Origin: Octopus bimaculoides
Lineage: Eukaryota
Direction of reading: 5' to 3'
NCBI RefSeq assembly: GCF_001194135.2
Contig: NC_068982.1
Coordinates: 70,906,112 to 70,969,160, forward strand
DNA length: 63,049 nucleotides
The position numbers and the translations under genes are program-made. The notes beneath the pieces were generated by a model that saw only the letters and a program-made list of their open reading frames with translations, was not told the DNA's origin and ran no database searches. Each line of letters starts with the position of its first letter. Position 1 is the first letter of the stretch. This document shows, in pieces, positions 25,831-39,410 of this stretch.

Positions 25831-26813
25831 TGCACACACACACACATATACATACATTACATAGTATTCTTTTACTTGTTTCAGTCACCACCTTAGAAGG
25901 TTTTTTAGTCAAAGAAATCGCCCCTAGGACTTATTTTTTATTAGCTTAGTACTTATTCTATTGGTCTCTTTGTCCAAAGCGCTAAATTACTGGGATGTAA
26001 ACACACCTAACACTGGTTGTCAAGTGATAGGGATGGTGGACAAACACGAAGACACACAAATACATACACACACACACACACACACACATACACACACTCT
26101 CAATGGGCTTCTTTCAATTTCCGTCTACCACATCCACTCACAAGGCATCGGTAGCCTAGGGTTAAAGTAGAAGAGTAAAGTAATATTTGTAGAATTTGTA
26201 AAATTTTACTTCACTCAAGCAAAATTTTTCAAATATTTTACCCCTATCTAGTTAATTGTAAACTGAAAAGACTGAATTTAACACAAAACCTCCACCTAAA
26301 TATGTGTCACTGCATACAAACCCCCTTAACAGTTAAAAAAATGAGATTTTTAAACATATTTTCATCAGTGATTGACTGTTATTTACAGGAATGTTGTAGA
26401 GAAGAGTTTTCCACTACTACTAGCATGACAAGCAACCACATACAGCTAATTTTATATATATATATACATACACGCAAGAAGCTTCTTTCGGTTTCCATCT
26501 ACCAAATCCACTCATTCTTAAACTACTTAACTGCTGTTATTTGTGTGTGTCATATTTCTATATATGTGTGTGTGTGTGTNNNNNNNNNNNNNNNNNNNNA
26601 TTGTATTGGGCTCTTTTTCCAAACCACTAGGTTATGGGGATGTAAACAAACCAACACTTGCTGTTAAGCAGTGGGAGGACAGACACAAACACAAAAACAC
26701 ACAAATTTATATATATATATACATACACGCAAGAAGCTTCTTTCGGTTTCCATCTACCAAATCCACTCATTCTTAAACTACTTAACTGCTGTTATTTGTG
26801 TGTGTCATATTTC

Positions 26814-26882
<69 letters not shown>

Positions 26883-27356
26883 ATGTGTGTGTGTGTGTTG
26901 TATTTCTATATACTGAGGATATGTTTGCGGAAAAGAGACACATGACATCTGCGACAACTGAAACCATTGAAAATAAAATAAAATGCTGAGTGAAAACAGT
27001 TCCAAATACATTTTCTGAGACATTTTCTTAATGATTCAGAAACCTATTCCTCTCTCGCTCAAACGCCCCCCACCCCCTATACATCCCCTCCTGTCTTTCT
27101 CTTAAACAAAGTCAAAGGACAGACTTAGAAAGAATAGGAATTTGTATTGTGCCAAGATATTGATATTTCAGCAATAGAAAACTGTTCACAGCCGTACAAG
27201 AGATATGTTGTTATAAGTGGGTAGTTTTTTTTTTTGTTAGGTTTTTTTTTTGTCTTTTGGTGTTTGTGTTATTGTCCACCAAGCTACCCATTAGATTATA
27301 ATGTTATGTAGTTTGTCATGATAATCATTATTATGCTAGCTCAGCAAGATGGATTG

Positions 27357-27370
27357 GTTGCCATAGTTAC
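27357..27370. promoter_or_regulatory. X-box-like motif GTTGCCATAGTTAC
   Basis: Perfect GTTGCC half-site plus a near-consensus second half, within a SINE-free island. Confidence 0.35.
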
Positions 27371-29169
27371 TGGTTAATCCTGTCAATTTTATTCAGATAA
27401 TGTTTCAAATGTTTTTTTTTTTGTTTTTGTTAAAATTTCTCATTTTGTGAGAGAGTTGCTGTTCGTTGAAAAGTAATACATTAAGCACAGGTATATTCTA
27501 TACCTTTTGTCATAAGATCAACAACTGTGGAAATGTGTACTGTAATTATAAATTGTAGAGAGGCGAGAGAGAGAGAAATATATATGTGTGTGTGGATGTG
27601 TGTATACATATATGTAGTCTTAATTCAAGACATTTCTGCAATCTGAAAATTAGAACTTGTATTAATTGGAATAAAAGAATTCCTCCTCCTCCTCCTCTTC
27701 TTACCCTCCTCCTCCACTGCAATCTGTCACTCTGTCATTCTCTCTCACCAGAAATGACTTTTAGCATTGAAACAGCTTAAGAGTGCAGAATAAATAAACT
27801 GGCAGCATGAAGAAGAGAAGAAAGTAGTGGTAGCTTATATAACCTTCAACAGCCATCATGTAGCATTGGTAGTAATTAATGTGGGTAGAATTTTGGTGAA
27901 AAGAATTGGAATCACAGAAAAAAAGAAAAAAAAAGAAAAAAAAATTTTTTTCTTTTTTTTTAAAAACCAGAAAATGCAGCCCTTTCAATTGAAAAGAAGT
28001 ATTTCTATATTAAATTATATACTTGGCAGATGGCAAAGGGAGGGAGGAGGAGGAGGAGGTAGTGGTGGCGGCGGTGGTGGTGGTGGTAAATGTATCACAA
28101 TCAAAGATTTTACAAGGTGTATGCGACAACATCCATTTGGTGAGACATGTATTATGTGAGTTGAGTTCTGTTTCTTTAAGGGGCTGTCAGGTTTATTATT
28201 TCTGATAAATTGATTCTATCAGTTCAGAGGTACTTAGAAACTATTTAAGAAGTAGACTATAGTGTCTGTTTTAATTCTTTATCATTTTGTTGTTGTTTTC
28301 TTGTGGTTTAATATTCCTGGCATGGAACTAACTGTGAGAAGAACTATAAAAAGGATAGTATAGTACAGAGAGACAACAGGTTCACACCATTAGTAGGAGA
28401 GGTTGGGAAGGTGAAAGTGGGTGAGTAAAGTGTAGTGTTCGAAAGAAACAAGGGACACTAAGCTAAAAGAAGTTAGTATAGGTATGAATTAAGGCACTTG
28501 TAAACGTGACAAGAGGAATGAACAAGCAGAAGAAAGTGACAATTCAGAAATTAGCAATTAGCAATGGGGAAATGGAAAGCTAGAAATGGAAAAAATGACA
28601 AAATTGAAAAATCATAAAGAGCTGAAACAGTGTGAGAGAGTGAGGTTTTAATAGATTATACAAGCTGTGAGGAGACTCTTGGAAATTGTCATTTAAAATT
28701 CCAGAAAGTCTTTCAGAAATTTTAAAAGTTGCCTAAGATACACCAGTACATAAAAGGATAGGTGAAGACTTGTTCAGGTACTGGAGTATATTTAAAATAA
28801 GCTCCCTTTTTTAGCAAACATTTTCTCACACTCGGAATTATCATAGCAGGCAAGAAATTAACTGTGTCAGTTATTAGTTGTCAAAGACACCACATTCTTC
28901 AATAATTCCAATCTTCGTAAAATTCACCAACATTATTTCTGATGAGCCTATGTACCTTTTTCTTTTTATGATTCTTTTATTGTTCACTTTTCTGTCTTCT
29001 TATGTTTTGTCTTGTGTATTGAGCGTGCGTGGAGGCGCAATGGCCCAGTGGTTAGGGCAGCGGACTCGCAGTCATAGGATCACGGTTTCGATTCCTACTG
29101 TACTTTTGGTTTTTCATTGGTATCTTTATTTGACTTACTGCTGCTTCCTAAATTCTCAGCATACCTGAA

Positions 29170-31355
29170 TACTACATACAATAAGCTCAGGTGGTGAGCT
29201 AACAGAATCATTAACACATTGGACAAAATGCTTAGCAACATTTCTTCACCTCATTATGCTTTGAGTCCAAATTATGCTGCAGTGAACTTTGCCCCTTGTC
29301 CTTTCAGGGTTGATAAAATAAACTAGAAGTCAAGTACTGCAGTCAATATAATCGACTTCTCTGCTTCCCTCAAAACTGCAGACAAAAATTTAAAACTATT
29401 ATTATTATCATTATTATTAAGGTGGCGAGCTGGTAGAATTGTTACCACGCCAGGCAAAATGCTTAGTGGTATTTTGTCTGTTTTCACGTTCTGAGTTCAA
29501 ATTCCACTGAGGTCGACTTTGCCTTTCATCCTTTTGGGATCGATAAATTAAGTACCAGTGAAACACTAGGGTCAATGTAATCGACTGCCACCCTCCTTGA
29601 AATTTCAGGCCTTGTGCCTATAGTAGAAAGGATTATTAGTATTATTATTATTATTAAGGCAGTGAGCTGGCAGAATCGTTAGCACACTGGGCAAAAAGCA
29701 TGGTAGCATTTCGTCTGTCTTTACATTCTGACTTCAAATTCCACTACTCACCTGAAATTTTGTGGGAGGAGGCTAGACTTGATTGGTACTTATTTTATTG
29801 ACCCCAGAAGGACAAAAATCAAAGTTGCCCTCTGCAAGTTTTGAACTCAGATCATAAAGACAGACAAGATATGCTAACAATTCTGCCAGCTCACCACCTT
29901 AATAATAATGATAATGATGTTGCTGGTAGATTCTCCCATCATAGATAATGTNNNNNNNNNNNNNNNNNNNNNNNNNNNNNNNNNNNNNNNNNNNNNNNNN
30001 NNNNNNNNNNNNNNNNNNNNNNNNNNNNNNNNNNNNNNNNNNNNNNNNNNNNNNNNNNNNNNNNNNNNNNNNNNNNNNNNNNNNNNNNNNNNNNNNNNNN
30101 NNNNNNNNNNNNNNNNNNNNNNNNNNNNNNNNNNNNNNNNNNNNNNNNNNNNNNNNNNNNNNNNNNNNNNNNNNNNNNNNNNNNNNNNTTCCTATCATAG
30201 TAGGTGCCTTAGGTATAATAAAAAAAATATTCAGACAAATACATAACAAAAACACCAGGACTTACAAATATATATAACATACAGGAAATTGCACTACTGG
30301 GCACAGCACACATCCTACGCAAAACACTTTCAATACAGTAACCATAAGAGCACCACAGCAAACCACAGCACATACCCAAAGCACACAGAGCTGCGCTCAG
30401 TAGTGAAGTGAAAGCACATTATGAAAATAAAACTACTGAACAATAATAATAATAATGCTTTCTGGAACTGGCACGAGGCCTGAAATTTTGTGGGAGGAGG
30501 CTAGACTTGATTGGTACTTATTTTATTGACCCCAGAAGGACAAAAATCAAAGTTGCCCTCTGCAAGTTTTGAACTCAGATCATAAAGACAGACAAGATAT
30601 GCTAACAATTCTGCCAGCTCACCACCTTAATAATAATGATAATGATGTTGCTGGTAGATTCTCCCATCATAGATAATGTATGAATGTTTGTTTTTTTTTG
30701 CCAAACAACCTGCACAAAGGATGTGCTCTACATTAACTCCCTCCCTTCATCAAATCGATGTTGCATGAACAGGTTCATGGTGTACCACACATCAGGTGTC
30801 AAAGTGATTGCAGAGCAACATGAAATAAAGTATTTTGCTCAAGAACACAACGCACCACCCAGTCTAGGAATTGGAACCATGATTTCGTGATCGTGAGTGG
30901 AACATCCTAACCACTAGGCCATGCGCCCTCACTAATAATAATAATAATAATAATTCTTTCGGCTATAGGCACAAGGCATGAATTTTTGAGAAGAGAGGGC
31001 TAGTAGATGTCACTGATCCCTGTGCTCTATTGGTACATTTTTATCAACCCTGAAAGGATGAAAGGCAAAGCCAACTTTGGCAGAATTTGAACTCAGAACA
31101 TAAAGACAGACAAAATGTCGCTAAGCATTTTCTCCACTGCAGTAATGATTCTGCCAGCTTGCCACCTTCATGATGATAATTATCCTTTCTACTATAAGCA
31201 CTAGGCCTGAAATTGGTGGTACTTAATTTATTGACCCTGAAAGGATGAAAGGCAAAGTTGATCTCGGCAGAATTTGAACTCAGAACATAGCAATGAGCAA
31301 AATACCATTAAGCATTTTGTCCAGCGTGCTAACGATTCTGCTAGCTCACCGCCTT
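29170..31355. repeat. Cluster of about seven SINE family C copies, + oriented on the left and - oriented on the right
   Basis: + copies near 29170, 29419 and 29655; - copies near 29760, 30490, 30960-31170 and 31190-31355. One pair is a gap-flanking duplicate. Confidence 0.7.
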
Positions 31356-31572
31356 AATAATAACAAGTATTCATTTTTGTTTTTTTCTTTCTTTTTTCTC
31401 TCTGTCTATCTCCCCTCCTTTTTTTCTATCACATGACTTTGTAAACGAACAATCTGGTGTCTTTATTTTAATGGCTAACCAATGTATACAGTGAGTTTCT
31501 TTCCCCTAGGTGTCAGGAAGACACTTAGCAATAAATGGAATCAAAACTGAAGAAGAGGATAATGATAATAAT

Positions 31573-31607
<35 letters not shown>

Positions 31608-31670
31608 CATAATATAAGTATAAGAAAACAAATGATGTCAATGTAATAACAAGAATAATATTCTTTGTAG

Positions 31671-31806
31671 AGAAAAAGAAAGTGAAATAGTAGAATTGAA
31701 AAAAAAATTGACGGAGCAGAGCAAACAGACTGAAAAATATGTGGAGCAGCTAAAGAAGGAATTTGCAGCAGACAGAAACAAACTCTATAATGAAATGAAT
31801 TCACAG
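31671..31806 (+). CDS. CEP112: CEP112-like exon G (EKESEIVELKKKLTEQSKQTEKYVEQLKKEFAADRNKLYNEMNSQ)
   Basis: ttctttgtAG / GTAACC, 136 nt. Phase 2-0 matches exon F. KLYNEMNSQ resembles recalled human KVYAEMKEQ. Confidence 0.82.
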
Positions 31807-31922
31807 GTAACCAGCTGTAAATTTTGTTCTAACAGTGATTACAACTATTTTAAAGTATAAAGTGGTAGATATTTGGTTGTTCTGAAGTGCTTTAATAATG
31901 TTTGTTTTTGTTGGTGTTATAG

Positions 31923-32030
31923 ATTATAAAGACAGAAGACAAACTTCAGCATTCTAAACAGCTGCTTGAGAAACAAATGCAAGAATTTACCAAAAGTATG
32001 GAAGAGACAAAATCAAAATATATCTCTGAG
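31923..32030 (+). CDS. CEP112: CEP112-like exon H (IIKTEDKLQHSKQLLEKQMQEFTKSMEETKSKYISE)
   Basis: ttatAG / GTAAAT, 108 nt, phase 0-0. SKQLLEKQMQEF resembles recalled human SKSLREKQSKEF. Confidence 0.82.
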
Positions 32031-33249
32031 GTAAATGGTAGTTTATTATATGGAGAGACATTTTAGGAGAAGGAGTGACTGTCATCATCATCATCATCAT
32101 CATCATAATTTATCATCATAATTTATCATCTATTTTCCATGCTGGCATGGGTTGGATGGTTTGACTGGAGCTGGTGAGAGCAGGGAACCACACCAGGCTC
32201 CATTGTCTGTTCTGACATGGTTTCCAGTGTTGGAAGGGCATCCAGCCATAAAAATCATGTCAAAACAGACAGTAAAGCCTGGTGCAGTTTTCTGCCTAGC
32301 CAGCTCCTGTCAAACTGTCCAACCCATGCCAGCATGGAAATCATCCTCCACATCATCGTTTAATGTCTGCTTTTCCTTGCTGGCATGGGTTGGATGGTTT
32401 GACATGGAGCTTGCTAGCAGGGAGCTGCCCAGGCTCCAGCTGTCCAGGCTCCAGCTGTCCAGGCTCCAGCTGTCTGTTGAGGCATGGTTTCTATGGCTGG
32501 ATGCCCTTCCTAATGCCAACCATGTAACAGAATGTGCTGGGTGCTTTTTACATGCCACCTGCATGGGTGTGTTTACACAGTGGCAGCATGGGTGCGTTAA
32601 CACAGCACGGGCACAGGTGCTTTTTAAGTGACACTGGCACCTGAAAAGACAAGCCTGTATGTGTGGAAGACAGCAATTTTACTGACGTTAAATGATGATA
32701 GTAATGGTGATGATGATGATGATGATGCCCTTTATAATGCCAACCACTCCACAAGAATGTACTAAGTGTTTTTTTTATGTGGCACCAGCATTTGTATCAA
32801 TTCTGTTGTGGCAGACAGGTCTTCTTGAGTACAGCAATGCCCCTGGTTAAAAAAAAAGCTTGATTTCCAACCATGTGGTCCAAGGTTCAGTCCCATCTGC
32901 ATAGCCTCTTAGGCAAGTATTTTCTACTATAGCTCTGGGTTTACCAAATCCTTGTGAGTAGATTTGGTAGAGGGGAAACTAATTAATTATTGGTGTTGTA
33001 ACCTCAGGTCAACCCTGACCTGACCAACAGAGTTGTGACATTCAGGAAGATCCTTAGCTCTGGATATGAGACAAGGACCCTGCAGCACATGCTGTCGATA
33101 ATGAGTTGTGCCTGAGCATACTGTACTCTTTCCATTGTCCAGTCTGTTAATTCTGGTGGTTGCCACAAAAGACGTAGACAATGTAAACTCCGTTTTCATT
33201 ATAATCAGCTGCAATGTACACTCCAGCAGTGTTTGGTACTTTGGCTAGT

Positions 33250-33281
<32 letters not shown>

Positions 33282-33746
33282 TATCTAGACTGAGTGAAGA
33301 TGATGATATGTTGGTGAGTTGGATAGATTTCCTCATGGTATTAGACCCAGTGGGGTGGAGTTAGTTAACTAAACTCCTGTACTTCCTTGATACTTTATTG
33401 ACTCCAGAAAAATGAAAGGCAAAGTTGACTTTGGTAGGGTTTGAACTCAAATCAGGTGAATAATGAAGATGAATGATATATGCTTTCTATTATTAACTTA
33501 TTGTAAGACAGCAAACTGGCACAACTGTTAGCATGCTGGGCAAAATGCTTAGCAGCATGTCATTTGTTTTTATGTTCAAAGTTCAAATTCCATTGAGGTC
33601 AACTTTGCCTTTTATCTTTACGGAATTTATAAAATAAGTTCCAGTTGAACACTGGGGCTGATGTAATCGGCCTACCCACACCCCTAAAATTGCTGGCTTT
33701 GTTCCAAACTTTGAAATTATTATTAGTTTATTGTTTTAATTCCCAG

Positions 33747-33929
33747 CTTTCAGAATTAAAGCACAAATCTGCAGAAGAAAATTCTAAATTGACTAAAGAA
33801 CATGATTTAGAGAAGGAGAAGCAATCAAAACAATTTAATAAGCAGCAGGAAGAACTGCAATTAATTTGGAAATGCAAAGTTGAAGAAACTGAAAAATTAT
33901 TGATTGACCAGAGGAATATGTTTTCTAAG
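33747..33929 (+). CDS. CEP112: CEP112-like exon I (LSELKHKSAEENSKLTKEHDLEKEKQSKQFNKQQEELQLIWKCKVEETEKLLIDQRNMFSK)
   Basis: ttttaattcccAG / aag|GTCTGT, 183 nt, phase 0-0. Ungapped 61-aa register with the recalled human IVELKLEHEQEKTHL...KKRDAQ segment. Confidence 0.78.
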
Positions 33930-34139
33930 GTCTGTATAAACTCTTAAAATATAATCTATTGAAACTATGCGACTTTGGTAAAGAATATTTCTTAATGGAT
34001 TTGCCTTATTTCAGTACAACTCTTATTAATTTATCCATCCATTTTCTATGCCCACTATTTTTGGGAGAGTCATGGGTAATAGAGTCCTCAGGCATCTCCC
34101 CCCACAGAGTCCTTTCAGAAGCAACCATTATTAAATTTT

Positions 34140-35090
34140 CATTATCATCATCATTTAATGTCCGTTGTCCATGCTGGCAAGCTGGGTAGTTGCACCAGAC
34201 TCCAGTCTGATTTAGCATGGTTTCTACAGCTGGATGCCCTTCCTAACACCAACCACATTACAGAGTATACTGAGTGCTCTTATGTGGCACCACATGGGTG
34301 CTTGTACATGGCACTGCACTGGCGCTTTTACATGTCGCTACATGGGCACTGCACGGGCGCTTTACACCACAAGTGCTTTACCCCACGAGTGCTTTATACC
34401 ACGAGTGCTTTAAACCACGAGTGCTTTAAACCACGAGTGCTTTACACCACGAGTGCTTTACAGCACAAGTGCTTTACAGCACGAGTGCTTTACAGCACGA
34501 GTGCTTTACACCACCAGAAGGATTGGTCTTAGCACGATGGGGTCTTCTTGTGTATGGCCAGGCACCAGGTATCTCAGTCCTTTCTGTCTTGATTCCCAAG
34601 TATGACCAACTGGGACAGAGTATTATCCAATCATTTTGTTCTTGGTGTTCCCTTAGGTCTCCTGCCTATTGGCTCAGCTTCAAGAATTCTTCCTGTGATT
34701 TTTTCCAGCAATATTCTGATCACATATCTGTAGTACCAGGGCCCTGACCTCAACACAGAAAAATATCAGCCTCCAACCTACACACCCTGTTTAAGTAATA
34801 TTACTCCAGAGACACTTTGGAGGAACTCCATTCCAGCTGTTTGTATCTGCAATTGTACTCTTTTCTTCATCACCCAACATTCACTGAGGACAGGCATGAA
34901 AACTGAATGAAGGAGAGGAACAAGTTTGGTCTTTTTACTAACCTCTCTTCTTCTGTGGATCAAATGCAGGAGCTGGCACTTAACTGTACCAGCATCTGCA
35001 ATTCAAGCCTCCAATTGAGCCTCCTACCTTCCATCACTTGCGAATACAGCCCCAGGATACTAATTTCTTGACTATCTTTAATCCCTTACT
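34140..35090 (-). mobile_element. RTE-clade (Expander/Rex3-like) LINE 3' end: ORF C-terminus plus 3' UTR with (GAT)n tail
   Basis: RREVSKKTKL, WVMKKRVQLQIQTAGMEFLQSVSG and PIGRRPKGTPRT motifs on the minus strand, followed by the aggaagggcatccagctgtagaaac 3' UTR motif and the tail. Confidence 0.8.
34367..34510. repeat. 16-bp VNTR, 9 copies of (c/g)cacgagtgcttta(c/a/t)a, inside the RTE 3' UTR
   Basis: Counted directly. No spacers. Confidence 0.9.
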
Positions 35091-36029
35091 TCATCATCAT
35101 CATTTAGCATCTGTTTACCATGCAGGCATGAGTTGGATGGTTTGAATGGAACTGGAACCGGAAAGCCAGAGAACTGCACCAGGCTCCAGTCTGTTTTGGC
35201 TTGGTTTCTATGGCTGGATGCCCTTCCTAATGCCAACCACTCTGCAGAGTGTATGGGGTGCCTTTCACATGTCACCAGCACTGGCCAGTCGTTAGACCTC
35301 GACCTTGCTGGGGGTTTCGCCAAACAAATTGCCACCCCCCAGTACTTTTTCTTTTTAAACCTGATACTTAATTGTATTGGTCTCTTTTGTTGACAAGAAG
35401 ATCGAAGAAACACACATACATAAACATAATGGACTTCTTTTAGTTAAGAAAACAATTATGAAACAATCTATTTTCATGTGATAGTATTGAGCAACTCAGG
35501 ATTTTGGGTTCCTATCTTGCATAGATAAATTTCAAATATTAATACACTTTCTGTTGCTGGGCTTATCCACAACTGATAAATCCAGAATGTGTTGTGTTAG
35601 TGGTGGTAGTGTGTAGGGGTGGTTATTTCATATTAGGAGAAAATGCTTTCTTTAGATATGTGAGTTATTGATTTTTACAAACTGCAACATTGACTTTAAT
35701 GAAATTAACTTGTTTACATGAAACTAATTTTGTACAACTAAATCTCTCTATTGTTTCTGTAACTTTTTTTGCAAAATGTGATTTTGTAGAAGAAATATTA
35801 AAATATTTGATAGATATCTCTCTATAATTCCAGCTGGAAAATATCGTAAATTTTCAGCATTGGGGTTGTTTGTTTCTTTCACATAAATTCTTTATTGGTG
35901 TTAACATATTCACATTATGCTTGGAGCGTAGGGTTGCTCATAAATATTATGTTTAGTGCTACATGATAAGCTACAAAGAATGTTTATAGAAACCTATATG
36001 AGGAGATATCTAGTTCTGAATATACATAC

Positions 36030-36720
36030 TGGCTGTGTGGTTACAGAGTTTGCTTCAACAACCCTGTTGTTTCAGGTTTGATCTCATTTCATAACATTTT
36101 GGGCAAGTGTCTTCTACTTTTGCTCGAGGTGGACTATTGCCTTGTTAGGGGAATTAGTTGAGGAAAACTGTATGGAATAAAGTTTGTCATGTATATTATG
36201 TATACATAATATACACAAGCTTCCACAGTCATGAAGCTTACTTCCCAACCATGTGGATTCAGGTTCAATTCCACTGTGTGGTACCTTGAGCAAATGTTTT
36301 CTACCATAGCCCCGGAACAACCAAAAGCCGTGTGATTAGATTTAGTAGATGGAAACTGAAAGAAGCCCATTGTATGTGTATATATGTATGTGTATGCATA
36401 TATGTATGTATGTGCATATATGTATGTGTGTGTATGTGTGTATACTCTTGAAAAAAAGAAGAGATATAGACGCAAACTGAAAGAAGCCTGTGTGTGTGTG
36501 TACTTGTGCCTGTGTTTTTCCCCCATCACTTCTTGACAACCAGTGTTGGTTAGTTTATGTCCCCATAACTTAGCAGTTCAGCAAAAGAGAACAATAGAAT
36601 AAGTACTAGGCTTTAAAAAAAATCAGTCTTGGTGTCATTTTGTATGACTAAAACCCTTCAAGGCAATGCTCCAGCATGACCACAGTCAAATGACTGAAAG
36701 AAGCAAAAGAATAAAAGAAT
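36030..36720 (+). mobile_element. SINE family B copy with duplicated middle module
   Basis: Head, two aaactgaaagaagcc + microsatellite modules, tail. Confidence 0.7.
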
Positions 36721-37370
36721 ACATACATACATACACACACACACACATACATACATACATACATACATACATATGTATGTATGTATATGATGGGGGTGGC
36801 TTCGTTCAGGTTCCATCTACCAAGTTCACTAACAATGCCATGCAGTGGGACTGAACTCAGAATCATGTGGTTGGGATGGAAACTTCTAAATCACACAGCC
36901 ATGCCTGTTCTGTATGTATGTATGTATGTACATATGTATGTATGTATGTATGTATGTATTTACATACATCTGTGTATGTGTGTGTGTGCATGTAAAAATT
37001 TCTAAAGCCTTCTTTTAGGTCCTATAGAAAATATATATTTAGGATCTACAGAAACAGATAGCTCTGCTGGCTCTGCTGGCTCTGAGTTTAACGCACAGCA
37101 AACAGACATGTAATCGGCATTAGAAGGATCTTGCAATACTTTTAATCAAAACCAAAGTGACCCTGATCCACATGAAAGATGAGATGTGGTTGTTATTTGG
37201 TGAAGGTTTTATGCATTGAAATAGGATTAATGTCAGTTACAGAACATTTCTAATACGGCAATATGTTGAAGACATATGTTCAGTTTTGAGGATCTTCGAG
37301 AAGAATGACGCCATTTGTTTGAATGCTGATTTATGGTTAAAACAGTCTTGGCAAAAGATCTCTCTTTCTC

Positions 37371-37449
<79 letters not shown>

Positions 37450-38387
37450 TATACAGATAGATACGTACATACATATATTTACTTATATTTATATAAGGGC
37501 ATTACTACAGAATAATGCCACACAACAGACTTCGGCATTATTCTGTGGTAATGCCCTTATATAAATATAAACGAATAATTATATTCTTGGGAATAGAAAT
37601 TTCCCTTATGAATTTTTTTACACACTAGCTTCCTGATAAAATTCTTGTAAAAGATTTTTATCCTATTTTGAAATTATTAATCAAATATATTTACTTATAT
37701 ATAGATACATACATATATACATATATTTATCTATCTGTATGTATGTATGTGTGTGTGTATCTATGTAGGAATGTTGAAAAAGTTCCTGGCTTTGGGTAAA
37801 AGAAAATGCAGTAGGATAAGTTAGTTATGATTTTTTTCAATATATTCCCTTCTCAGATTCACACACTTATTGCAGCAGTCCTTCAGTTTTCCTAACCTCT
37901 GGGAAAGAACTCAGAAGATTGGGCCTACAACCAAGCCTTTCACAATACCTTTAAAGCCAACAACTTTTCAGCACTCACTCATGTGTATGTGTAGATAGAT
38001 AGATAGATAGACAGACAGACATGACTTTATGGGTAATAAGTTTGTTTCCCAACAATATGATTTGGGGTTCAGTCCTATGGTGTGGCACCTGAGGAAAGTG
38101 TCTTCTGCTATAATTCTGAACCAACCAAATTCTTAGGAATGGCTTTGGTAGACATTGTACATGTGTGCGTGTGTATGCACATGAATGGTGTTTGTGTGTT
38201 TCCCTTGTGTTTGCTGGTTTGTAAACTAAAAGCTCATTCATCCAGTTTCCAGTTCCCTGCCTAGGAAATTATTACTGCACTGGGAAACAAATGAGAATTG
38301 GCAACAGGAAAGACATCCAACCACAGATCTTTGCCTCCACATACTGATCTATGCAAACATGGAAAAGTAGACGCTAAAACATTGATA

Positions 38388-38735
38388 ACAAGAGCACTCA
38401 GAGAGCGCAAACCTCTGCCAAAGCAACACTAATAGAGATTATTTTTAAAATGAGAATATCTGAAATAAACTCAACTGCTCTATCACAAATGAGAATACTA
38501 AAAATGAATCCAACTGCTCTCAAAAATTAAGTAAAAAAACAGGAAAAATAATGCAGAATCCTTGTCTGGTACTGGATCTATCCCAAAATCTAATCAGTTT
38601 GTGCCAGTCATGCGGCCAAATATCCCTGAAAGTTTCATCCCAATCCATCCAGCAGTTCTGGAGATATCTTGTCCACAGACAAACAAACAAACACAACTGA
38701 AAACAATACCTCTGCCTTCACGACGGTGGAGGTAA
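38388..38735. mobile_element. Helentron/HINE-like non-autonomous element, second copy
   Basis: acaagagcactcagagagcgcaaacctctgccaa...(CAAA)n...acctctgccttcacgacggtggaggt hairpin. Confidence 0.55.
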
Positions 38736-39378
38736 TGATAATCATCAGCATCATCGTCAATCTCACCAATCCAGAGAGTCCTGTCCCAGGCTCACTGGCC
38801 AACCATTGTAAAAAAAACTCACTGACCAACCAGTGTTAAAAACAAGGTACATTAAACCTCATTGATTCATCTCTCAAAGCTAAGGTCTTCAAAACATTGT
38901 AAATACAGTCCTTTTGTTGAGACAGTGCTTTATCTGTTTACNNNNNNNNNNNNNNNNNNNNNNNNNNNNNNNNNNNNNNNNNNNNNNNNNNNNNNNNNNN
39001 NNNNNNNNNNNNNNNNNNNNNNNNNNNNNNNNNNNNNNNNNNNNNNNNNNNNNNNNNNNNNNNNNNNNNNNNNNNNNNNNNNNNNNNNNNNNNNNNNNNN
39101 NNNNNNNNNNNNNNNNNNNNNNNNNNNNNNNNNNNNNNNNNNNNNNNNNNNNNNNNNNNNNNNNNNNNNNNNNNNNNNNNNNNNNNNNNNNNNNNNNNNN
39201 NNNNNNNNNNNNNNNNNNNNNNNNNNNNNNNNNNNNNNNNNNNNNNNNNNNNNNNNNNNNNNNNNNNNNNNNNNNNNNNNNNNNNNNNNNNNNNNTATAT
39301 ATATATATTCATATATTTATATATATATTTATACTTATATGTAGATATATGTTCATATACATATATATATATGTAATC

Positions 39379-39410
<32 letters not shown>

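Noticed and set aside
27827-28159. 110-aa ORF with poly-Gly and poly-Lys/Phe runs
   Set aside because: The composition derives from (GGA/GGT)n and A/T homopolymers, with no homology evident.
32987-33214. 75-aa minus-strand ORF in unique-looking sequence
   Set aside because: No recognisable domain or convincing splice signals, and it starts with a repeat-like segment.
34367-34510. Regular 16-bp repeat array that could suggest CRISPR
   Set aside because: The units are head-to-tail with no unique spacers, there are no cas genes, the context is eukaryotic, and it lies within a LINE 3' UTR.
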